A stretch of DNA of 64,000 nucleotides from Macrostomum lignano (Eukaryota). The stretch spans positions 558,001-622,000 of the forward strand of contig NIVC01000591.1 of the NCBI GenBank assembly GCA_002269645.1. The letters run 5' to 3'. Position 1 is the stretch's first letter. Each line of letters opens with the position of its first letter. Under the pieces are notes generated by a model. That model did no database searches, was not told the origin of the DNA, and saw only the letters and a program-made list of their open reading frames with translations. The position numbers were made by a program, and so were the translations under genes. Positions 30,932-41,986 of the stretch are shown here, piece after piece.

Positions 30932-33900
30932 ATGGCACCACCTAAGACTAAGCCAGCTAAGGCTGATAGTGCAAAGAAGACAGGTGAGCTTGCTAGCTTG
31001 GTGTGTCTTATGACTTATGTGCATTTATAATGATGAATGATGATGAAATTTGATGAATTTTTTGTGATATACTTTTAAGCTATAGATTAAAGGAACCTTA
31101 AAAACTAGAAACTATCGCAGGCCATATTGTATAATTTCAGATAGAAAGCAATTAAAGGACTTCTTTTACTACAGGTATATAAATCATTTGCAGTTTTAAT
31201 AGGATTATAATTTTGTCTACTATTATTGAGGTTTTTGATGGTGCTGATTTCAAATTTAAGCTTTATTTTTCTAGTTTAAAGCCAACCACTGGGGCATGGG
31301 GAATTGGAGGTTTATGGGTGGGGAGAATCTTAATGGGGATTTATTGTATATGGCGAAATCCAAAAACGTGGGATAAAACGGTAAAACAAATCTGCGGACA
31401 TTCGATGGAAAGTAATGTATCTAAAAAAGGTTTTTGAAAGATAGATAGGTCTTTAGAAAATAGTTCTGGATAAAAACTATTGTTTTCATGCTTTATATTG
31501 TTGAATAAATAAGAAAAAACCACAAAAAAGCATTTTGAAAGTCCGAGTTGACCGATTTGCAATTTTTTGTTTCACTTTTTTTCATTATTAAACAATTAAT
31601 TTTAAGACTTGTAGGCCTTAGAGAAGGCTAATTTTTTTACTACTTACAAAACAGAAAGTAATCTGTGTTTTACTTTTTATTCAATTCAAAAAGATGAAGT
31701 ATTTCTAAGGATTTCAAAGTTTTTCTAAAACCATATAAACTCGCAAAAATTCATACTAATATAAAGTGCAAAGTTTGCCAGCAAACATCTTTTTCTAAAA
31801 GTAAATATATCGCTAATTCCTTGTTGCAAAATAATCTTTAAGTTGTTTTCTTTCATTTAAATATCAACTTGCATAGTATTAGTATTTGTAATATGCCTAT
31901 ATTTAGACTTAAAAATTTTGGGTAAAAAATGGTACCACAAAATGTGAACCCGGCATCCAAATCAGATGCTTACTGTATGCTCATTAAGCGACGAAGAACA
32001 ATGAAATTACACTAAAACATGTATCATCGCGGCGTGTATGCAGGAAAAAAAGAATTTTCCAAATCGCTTCAGTAGAAGCTGAGTAAAATGCAATTTTCCT
32101 ATCCTTATGGGAATTCCAATGTGTTACCCGGCTTCCAAATCAGATGCTTACTGTATGCTTATTAAGCGACGAAGAACAATGAAATTACACTAAAACATGT
32201 ATCATCGCGGCGTGTATGCAGGAAAAAAAGAATTTTCCAAATCGCTTCAGTAGAAGCTGAGTAAAATGCAATTTTCCAATCCTTATGGGAATTCCAATGT
32301 GTTACCCGGCTTCCAAATCAGATGCTTACTGTATGCTTATTAAGCGACGAAGAACAATGAAATTACACTAAAACATGTATCATCGCGGCGTGTATGCAGG
32401 AAAAAAAGAATTTTCCAAATCGCTTCAGTAGAAGCTGAGTAAAATGCAATTTTCCAATCCTTATGGGAATTCCAATGTGTTACCCGGCTTCCAAATCAGA
32501 TGCTTACTGTATGCTTATTAAGCGACGAAGAACAATGAAATTACACTAAAACATGTATCATCGCGGCGTGTATGCAGGAAAAAAAAGAATTTTCCAAATC
32601 GCTTCAGTAGAAGCTGAGTAAAATGCAATTTTCCAATCCTTATGGGAATTCCAATGTGTTACCCGGCTTCCAAATCAGATGCTTACTGTATGCTTATTAA
32701 GCGACGAAGAACAATGAAATTACACTAAAACATGTATCATCGCGGCGTGTATGCAGGAAAAAAAGAATTTTCCAAATCGCTTCAGTAGAAGCTGAGTAAA
32801 ATGCAATTTTCCAATCCTTATGGGAATTCCAATGTGTTACCCGGCTTCCAAATCAGATGCTTACTGTATGCTTATTAAGCGACGAAGAACAATGAAATTA
32901 CACTAAAACATGTATCATCGCGGCGTGTATGCAGGAAAAAAAGAATTTTCCAAATCGCTTTAGTAGAAGCTGAGTAAAATGCAATTTTCCGATCCTTACG
33001 GGAATTTGTATGTTTAAATAATAAACTTACGTTGAATACAATTTATTGCAAACGAACTCTACAAAATACACGTTGTCAAGAGTAACGAAAGTGATAAACA
33101 AATAAAACCTTAAAATAATGTTAAATATGTTGTAGAATTATAGAGTGTAACATTATAAGATAGTTAAAGTTAATAAAATACATTATTATAGCTTTTCAAT
33201 CATTTTCATTAGACTCATTTTAGGTCGTAATTAAACTTACCGTTTTAACAAATCATTTTATTAAAAATAAAGCTATACGAAAATAATTTGTTCTTTAATA
33301 GACTTTTTTACTTTTTAAAAACTTGAATAAATTTATTTTATAGCTTTATTGCTTTCAAATTGCCAAAAAACGAATTTTCATAAAACTTGCCCCCGATTTT
33401 TGGATTTCCCCATATATCTAAGGCTAAACTTCAATTGAGACAGAGGGGTCTATTGAAGATTAAGCTAATTAATTCTAAGATAGGGAGGTCCAATGTGGGG
33501 ATTGTTGCATTAAAGTTAGAGATGTCCTGATAATGATTTTTTGCTACCATCCAAAACCCAAAATTAAAATTTGATATATACCTGAAAGTGACAAAAAATT
33601 TAAAGCCAACAAAGCAATCAAGCATGCAATTGAGATACAGTTTCATATTATTCATATTTGTTTGAAATATTCAAGAATGTCATTATTCATTAAGCATATT
33701 TATAGCTTAAAGTTCAAATTAGCTTCAATGAACAAAAGCTATTGTGAAGTTTTAGCTTCTCAGTCACAATGAGTCCCTCAGCACTAAAAACAGTGAAGGG
33801 ACATTCAGAATAGTGATGGATCCGAATATTCGGATTCGGATTAAGACACCGAAAAAAAGTCTCATTTTTTTAGAAATCCGAATGTTTCGGATTCGGAAAT

Positions 33901-36900
33901 TTTATTTTCCGAATATCCGAATGTGCTTCCAAATATGAAAAAAGCAAACAACCAAAAACAAAATTATGCTAACGTAAAAGAAATACAACTTTTTGAAAAG
34001 AAAGTCAGTTAAAAAACGATCAGCGCAAAATTTAACGTAATATTGCTCGTTTTTACAATTGTCTGTTTTGCAATAACATATATTATTAAAAAGTGTTAAA
34101 AAGTAAAGTCACTTAACATCGGAACCTTTGAGGCATTCAACCTAAAGTTGCAGAAACATTTAATCGCAGTAATTATTGTTTAAGTGTAATCATCACTTTT
34201 TCAAAATGCAAATTAATGTGCACACAGTAAAGTTATCAAATTGCACAAATGTTATGTCAGTTAGTATTAGTATTTGGAATTAGTTAGATTAGATATATAA
34301 GAATTGAGTTCAATTCTAAGTTTAATTCAATTCAGATACTAGATAGATATAATATAAGCCCGAGATTAGATTGAATCTTGTCAGTAAATTAATGTATAGC
34401 GCTAATACAATTACTAATTAGATGATGAGGCATTTTCATCACTGAAAGGTGTCATAGTTACTCCTGCCGTGTACCTTTTACTTTTTTTTACATTCGGAAA
34501 CAAATTCGGATATTCGGATTTGGAATTTTTTTGTACATTCGGATTTAGTTTTGGAAACTTGCAAAAATCTACATTCGGTCTATCACTAATTCAGAATCTG
34601 CGCTGGAGGCAGGCACAACAAGAATGCGCATGGCAAGCTTTTCAATTTCATTTATCAATATAAAGCTAGGCACAAGACTAGGCTTTTGGTTTTGGTTTTG
34701 GTGTTTGGGGGTTGCCATTGCCAACTTGGGGGGTTGGAGTCAAACAATGAAAGGAGAGGATGATCGGTGGAGCCCAAAAGTTTAGGTGGCAAGCAAACCC
34801 ATAAAACTCCATTGTGAAGAGAGAGAGAGAGAGAGAGAAAGATGGTTTAAAGTGGCAAACATTAAGGGACTGAGGAGAAAGGGACGGCTAAAGTGACAAA
34901 CATATAGAGAAGAGAGAAGAGTTAAATGGGGGCAGATTTAGATTTTTCATGTTTTCTATATTAATTTTTATGGTCTTATTATCAATTTATATAGATCAAT
35001 TCACTAATTATAACTATGATATGTCTGGTATCCTGTCCATGCCTTAGCAGTGCCTAGTCTAGACTCTTATGTTAAAGTGATGATTTCACTGCTTAGCTAA
35101 TACATAGGGAAAGGCACCAATAAAAAACCAATTGAATCTTGGCACAGTTCTAGCTATCTGCTTACTGTTATAACTGCTATATACATTCATCCCAAGCCCA
35201 ACCCCCTGTTCTGGGGGAATCATTAAATTTAATTGAACCCCTAGCATTCAATGGTTTTATTTGCATTGAATGCACCCACCCCTCCAATACACAGCAACCC
35301 GCAGGCGGAGGTCAGGGTGGCTATTATTACAAATAGGCTGCAACCCTTCTACTGGAAAGGCAGACTGGCCAAAGAAGGTTACAAAAATTCTACATTTATA
35401 CGTATAAGTTTTACATTTGAGTTGGCAGCCATCTCGTAGGAGATACATGTTAAACCCAGCTAGCGGATCAATCAATCCACTCAGCTTTAGATACAAGACA
35501 ATGAGCTTGAAATTTCAGGTATCAATGTACCCAAAAGTGTAATACCCGAAATCAAAACTATGCCCAGAAATTTGCAATGAAAATGCTCAAATTTTTGGGT
35601 ACCCAAAATTCTAGCCAAAATTTCAGGCCATCTCTAATTAAAGTGTAAATAAAAATGTCAGCAAATTATTGAACGCCTCTAAGTATATCCTAAAAATAAT
35701 TTAGAAGCAATTTTGAAAGGACTAAAAAAGGCAATTATGCCAAATCTATTCGTTTATAAATTTTAGTACAAAAAATATGACTATAGTCTAATAGCTTAAG
35801 GTTTAAAATTTACTAACTATGCAATTTTCTTTGTATTTGACTGCTCATTAAAACTTGACTTGAATACTTAGCTCAAAATCCCAAAGTTTGGTCAAGTGCT
35901 TGACTTGACCAAAACCTGAGTTGTCTAGGCTCTACAATCTAATACTAGTAGTATTAACTTATACTAAACTATAAGTTAGGCTAGTATAGTAATATCACTT
36001 GACTACTAACACTAATTAATACAGTTAGTGTTTTTGTGTGCCTATATATTATAATAAAAAATGCATCCTTATTTAGCTATTGTATACCTAAATAAGCCTA
36101 GATGCCAATGATAAATCTTAATCCTAATCCAAATCAATCCCAAGTCCTGACTTTTATAAATTCAATCTCGCCTAACCAAGATTTTTCCTATCCCAGTTGG
36201 GCCCTATATTTGTGATATTCAAATGGAGACTACTTATATTATAGTTAATAATTTGATAAATATATTGCTATTAGACATAGTATCACAGTTATAACAATAT
36301 TATAGCAAAACAATATGCTTGAAAGTTTCTATAGTCCATAAAGTAGCCTTTATGTCAGAAAATTCTAGCATATTTTTGCTCTTGCTGACAATCTTGGCGT
36401 ACACTTGGTATATAGAGTTTTCAAGTTCAATATGAAGTGTACACAGTCACTTTAGTTTAGATTGTATATTAGTGTATGCCAGGTTTAATGCTAGGAAAAA
36501 TGATGAAACCTTGTTTGTATGCTGGATTTGTATGCCAATACAAAAATTGTTATTTGATACAATGTATCTGCTGTGTCATGTATGCTAGGATATATCCTAA
36601 TTTACACTGAAAGTGATAAGACCCTTGTTATATACTAGAAAATCCCAGCATATAGGTCACCTTACAAACTATGGCACAGTTGGCATATAAAAAATTCAGT
36701 TTAGAGCTAATATAGTTGTGTAGTTAAATATCAACCAACAAAAGCTTTGTTAAAAATAATCAAAAACAAAAAGAAATAATATTAATGCAATTTATGAGAA
36801 AAACAAAATTAAAACAATAAACAAAACATCTGTTTTTAGCAAAAAAGTTGCCATTCTAAAATTTAATAAATTATTCTATTTTTAATATTAAGATTAAAAA

Positions 36901-38374
36901 ATCACGCTCATATTTCTATTGAAGGTGATTTTTGAATTTTTGGACATCTTCAAGTTTATGTTGATAAATTAGTTGCAGTTTTTACAGGATCATAATTTTG
37001 TCTCTATAGAGGGTTTTTGATAGTGCTTATTTCAAATTTGAGCTTCATTTTTTCGTAGCTTCAACCCAACTATATGTAGCTTGAAACCAATCATTAGGGC
37101 AAAGGGAATAGGGAGTTAGGATAGAAAGATTCTTCATGGGGATTTTTTATTTACATAAATTTGAATAGAAGCATGGAAACCTATTTTAAGATAGGATTCT
37201 TGTTCCAGCATACACTATTGCACAATCTGGACCTTGGCATGTTTGAATTCTGGGCTATCCTATAAAATCATTTGTTAACTTATTTTTTTGCTTGATATTA
37301 AATCCTTTTTAATTTAGAGTCCAAAAAATGAAACACATGAACAAATTAATAGTTTAATGTGTATTGGTAGCAAAATTGTTGCTGCCAGTACATGCTGCCA
37401 AGTCCTTAATCCTAAGGACTTTAGGAGCTCTTCTTGCATTGAAAATGAAAAAAACCACCTTATCTTTAGCCTTAATTATCTCTACTATAGAATGGGCATG
37501 TAGCATCAAAAATGTCTTTTGCTGGAGTTTCTAATCCTTAAGACTTGAAAGTTTTAAAATATCCTTTACTATATAACCTTAGCTAATAAATTTCTACTTA
37601 ACTTACTTAGGTAGTAACTTCTAATTTAAGAAATGTGAAATCCCTAAATTATTTGTTATGATTTATTGTTAAATCAACTACCAGCATTAAAAATTTAATC
37701 AATCATTCACTAGTAAAGTGAGAAATATAGTGAGAAAAGTAAAGAATGACAGCAATAGTTTTACCTATCACTCAATTACATCTGATTGCTTGAGCCCTTA
37801 ACCCTAGAGACAAAAGCTGGGCCCCTCGCCAGCTGGCCAGATCAGCTGGGTGTCGCTCAGGTGTGGTAGCTATAGTAGAAATTTAATATATTAAAATAGT
37901 GTGCATAACAAATATTGCTATCACTATATATTCAATGTAAACTTCGTGCCCGCAGTGACGAAGGCGCTGAAGGCCAAGGGCCAGCAGTTGAAGGGCACGC
38001 AGCAGCTGCGCAAGCGGAAGATCCGGACCACACCGCGGTTCAAGCGGCCGGAGACCTACCGCCCGCCCCGCGCCCCCAAGTACGCGCGCCGCTCTCTGCC
38101 ACGACGCAACGCGCTGGACGCATTCAAGATCATGCAGTACCCGCTGACCACTGAGTCCTCCATGAAGAAGATCGAAGAGCAGAACACGCTGGTGTTCATT
38201 GTTGACAAGCGGGCTAGCAAGCCACTGATCAAGGACGCAGTGAAGAAGCTGTACGACATCCAGGCCAGCAAGGTGAACACCTTGATCCGGCCTGACGGTT
38301 TGAAGAAGGCCTACGTGAAGCTGAGCGCGGAGCACGACGCGCTGGACGTGGCTAACAAAATCGGCATCATCTAA
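30932..38374 (+). CDS. RPL23A: 60S ribosomal protein L23a (uL23), 2 coding exons, 156 aa
   Basis: Exon 30932-30983 ([20 protein letters not shown]|GTGAGC) joins in phase 1 to exon 37956-38374 ([11 protein letters not shown]...[23 protein letters not shown]...[12 protein letters not shown]). Confidence 0.96.
31940..33005. repeat. 178-bp tandem repeat, 6 near-identical copies, inside the RPL23A intron
   Basis: Marker ACCCGGC at 31948, 32126, 32304, 32482, 32661, 32839. Confidence 0.97.
33811..34588. mobile_element. hAT-type non-autonomous element (MITE family B), 778 bp
   Basis: TIRs TAGTGATGGATCCGAAT / ATTCGGTCTATCACTA; subterminal TCCGAA/TTCGGA motifs oriented oppositely at each end; perfect 8-bp TSD ATTCAGAA (33803-33810 and 34589-34596). 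Confidence 0.9.
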
Positions 38375-39488
38375 GCTGGAGGGATGCTGTGTAGACTTGT
38401 CATGACTTGCTGGTCTGGTTTAACAACGGTAGCTGTGTTGGTTTATAGCATTAGCAGACTGTAATTGCTGTTCTTATACAGTTAAATACATAAAAAATTG
38501 TTTGGCTGGCTGTTTTGATGAGTAATCCTTGCACGATTGCTGCTTGTTGGATAAATATTATTGACTTCAAACGCTTTCGTTAATTGCGTGTCAAATTTGA
38601 CACTTGATCGAGTTGAACTGGAACGAGTTGAGCTCAAAAACAGGCTCTAATTTCACAAGTTCAAAATTTCACATTATAGAGAAGTCTTGCTAGTCATCAG
38701 CTTGCTTGCAGCTTACACAATCTCGAGCCTTATGAAGTTCACCTGTGTCTTGGACCGAAGATGTGATGAAATTTCTATATTTGTCTTTCAATGGTCTCAT
38801 CGACCTAAGATTATTTTAATTTTGTTCCTGCATTTTGCTATGTCAAAAAATGGTCCATAGTTCATGAAATTCAGCAAGATCTGTTTGTAAGGAAGTTAAA
38901 GACTTGAGTAAGCTTTGCACTTGTAACTTTATAACTGGCTCAAACGCGTCTTACGCGACGGAGAGGCGACTTGCGTCACAAGCGCGTCAAATCAGTTGTG
39001 GTAGAATCGTAAAAAGAGACGTCCAAGAATCGTTGAGCTAGCTCATAACTTTGTACTAACAGTAGGCTAGCTGGAGTGCAATTACAATTCGATCAATCAA
39101 TAAGCTAAATTTGGTGTTTATTGCGTAACTGTAACTTCTGATTCTGTAACGCGTCCTAAGCGTTTCCGAAGTGACGCACTAACGATTCTATACAGAGACG
39201 CTTTACAGAGAGCTTAAAATTCAATAACAGTTTTGAAAACAGCGAGTCCTGGCCGGGGGTAATGAAAAATCTACAAAAACCTCCAACTTCAAAAAACTGC
39301 TTAAATTATTATTATTATAGAAAAGCAAATATTGAAAGCTTGTTTATTGTTATTAATTTATGAAATCAATATTCTACAGAACGATTTTGTATTTAATACG
39401 AGCTAATAATAAGATGCTGCAGTAATTCTAATTAGCATCCCAGTTAGCACCAACGTGTCCTCAGTAGATCCGACAGTTCCAACAGCGA

Positions 39489-40915
39489 TCAGCTGCTGAC
39501 TGAAGAACTTGACTTTCTCTGCTGCTTTCCGCTAGCTGCAGACTTCTCTGGCGGCACAATGATCACCGGGATGTGAGCATGGTGGAGCACGTGATCGGAC
39601 ACGCTGCCCAGAAATGTTCGCTTCAGTGCGCCCATGCCGCGGTTGCCCATGACAATCATGTTGGCCTCCTCGCGATTGGCCGCCTCCACGATTGACTGGC
39701 CGGGACCGGGGGTCATCTTCTCCACGAAACGGACGTGGTTGCTGGGGGCGACAGGGATTGAGAATTCGCGATATTGGAATCGACTAAAATGAGCTGTGAT
39801 TGCTACAATTATTCATCAAATAGAAGTTTATCAATACATGTATAAACTTTCAGATAATGACTTTTTCACCGGTTAGATAGAATAGGGACATTCCGGGAGT
39901 GACACATTGTAAAATTAGGAGTGACAACTGTGTAAACTAGAGTGATACCTCTGTAGACTTATAGGTAGGAGTGATACCCGTGTGTGGATGGGAGTGATAC
40001 CTGGGTATACTTGTTGGGAGTGCATGATACCTGTGGACTCGAGTGATACCTGTGTAGACTTGTGTTTATTTGGGAGTGATACCTGTGTAGACTTGGAGTG
40101 ATACATGTACCTGTGTAGACTTGTATAGACTTGGGAGTGATACCTGTGTAGACTTGTGTTTATTTGGGAGTGATACCTGTGTAGACTTGGAGTGATACAT
40201 GTACCTGTGTAGACTTGTATAGACTTGGGAGTGATACCTGTGTAGACTTGTGTTTATTTGGGAGTGATACCTGTGTAGACTTGGAGTGATACATGTACCT
40301 GTGTAGACTTGTGTAGACTTGGGAGTGATACCTGTGTAGACTTGTGTTTATTTGGGAGTGATACCTGTGTAGACTTGGAGTGATACATGTACCTGTGTAG
40401 ACTTGTATAGACTTGGGAGTGATACCTGTGTAGACTTGTGTAGACTTGGGAGTGATACCTGTGTAGACTTGGGAGTGACACCTGTGTAGAATGGAAGTGA
40501 TACCTGTACCTGGCACCTGTTTGACCCAATGCGACGTACACATCTTGGACTATAAGCCTCTCTAAAAATATTCAACCAACAAAGCCAAGGAGAGCACATG
40601 TTCTCACCGCATTCCCAGCTGCTGGCAGCGCTCCTGAATAACCATGGCCAGTCGTTTTCCTGGTCCAGCCAACGCGCTCATCGAGGTCTTTCGCCTAACC
40701 GCCTTTTCCTGCTCTTCCGATTGTTGTTGCTGCTGCTGTTGCACCTTCTGCTGCGGCACAATGCCGCCCATTGCGGAGGCCATATTGCCAGGTATCTCAA
40801 TCGCATAGACAAAGATTAACTCGTCAGTAGGGCGGGCCAAATTCTCGGCAAACCAAATCAGAGCCCTGTCCGCGTGCTCGCTACCGTCTATGGGCAAGAG
40901 TACCTTTCTAGGCAT
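39489..40915 (-). CDS. Universal stress protein A (USP) family protein, 2 exons, 186 aa
   Basis: Exons 40915-40608 and 39741-39489 join in phase 2. N-terminal KVLLPIDGSEHA; intact G-2X-G-9X-GS motif MGNRGMGALKRTFLGSVS; C-terminal HIPVIIVP. Confidence 0.95.
39895..40515. repeat. Compound ~22-bp minisatellite (GAGTGATACCTGTGTAGACTTG) with higher-order repeats
   Basis: Fills the USP intron. Confidence 0.92.
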
Positions 40916-41986
40916 GCCGTCGGCACTTCTGACTTCAGCTGCTTGAAGATTGATTCGCTTAATTCCAGTGCTTGCAAGCTGATGGTATCGGTCAAGACTT
41001 GATAGCTAACACTTATATACGACAATGTAATTTGTTGAAGATAAGAGCTATAGCTAAGTTTTATTGTTATGCTATACGAGCTATACAGCTTTTTATCTGG
41101 ATCTCTATATGCTATATCGTAGTTAGTGACAGCCGCGGCTAGAGAGGAGAGGCTTAAACGGGGCATCTGCAATTGTGTGAATTTAATCTAAAAGCTGTGT
41201 GGAATTGGCTGTGTCTCAACCCCACCACAACCAGCCCGCTTATTCTGGTTCGCTCTTGTGCCGCTGCAACTGTAAGCACAGGCGCACACAAAGAGAATGA
41301 CTTCTGATACTCTGTAATGTGCTGAAGTGTAAACACAGTTTTGCATATAATACGCATTGCTAGCGAACGACCTTTTCCTGCACCCCAATGTACAGCTGTT
41401 GCGCATAATTTAGAAAATATGACATATTAAATAATTAAATAATGCACAAAAGCTAGCAATAGACTGTCAAAATCCAGTCATTCTTTCTGTTTACATTATA
41501 TACAAAGTTCATAAGGGCTCTCTTAGCTCTTGTTACGTATAAAAAAAATAATTGACAGCTACGAGCGTACTTTAATAAATATATTTTGATCCAGTACATC
41601 TCACTGAGGAACAAGCATTGGAAGTCAATAAAATAAGAAAATAATATCATCTTAAACAACGACTACTCAAGATCTACTTTCTTAGAAAATTTTAGAAGGC
41701 CGGTTTTTCCGAAAAAGACGTGTAACGGAGATGAAAACCGGCCTTCTAAAAATGTCCAAGAGACGAGGTTTCTTGTCCTTTTACTTGAGTAGTCATTCGT
41801 TTAAAAATTGGTACAAATCAGCAGTTGAACTCAGAACCGGACTTTCTAACTGGACAGAAATTTTACGTAATTATTAATTATTAACCTCATCAGAATTATA
41901 TACTGATTCGATAATGAGGTCATTATTGAAGACAATATTCGGTCTCAAAATGACTTTCTCTATTCGAATTGCTGCTGGAAATTGCT

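Noticed and set aside
36498-36612. Box C/D snoRNA in the RPL23A intron (ATGATGA...CTGA); similar boxes near 31030 and 34423
   Set aside because: No terminal stem, no recognisable rRNA-complementary guide, and such motifs are expected by chance in AT-rich DNA.
37901-38374. RPL23A as an intronless retrocopy starting at the ORF-track Met
   Set aside because: A clear acceptor at 37955 and a phase-compatible first exon at 30932-30983 give the expected 156-aa protein.
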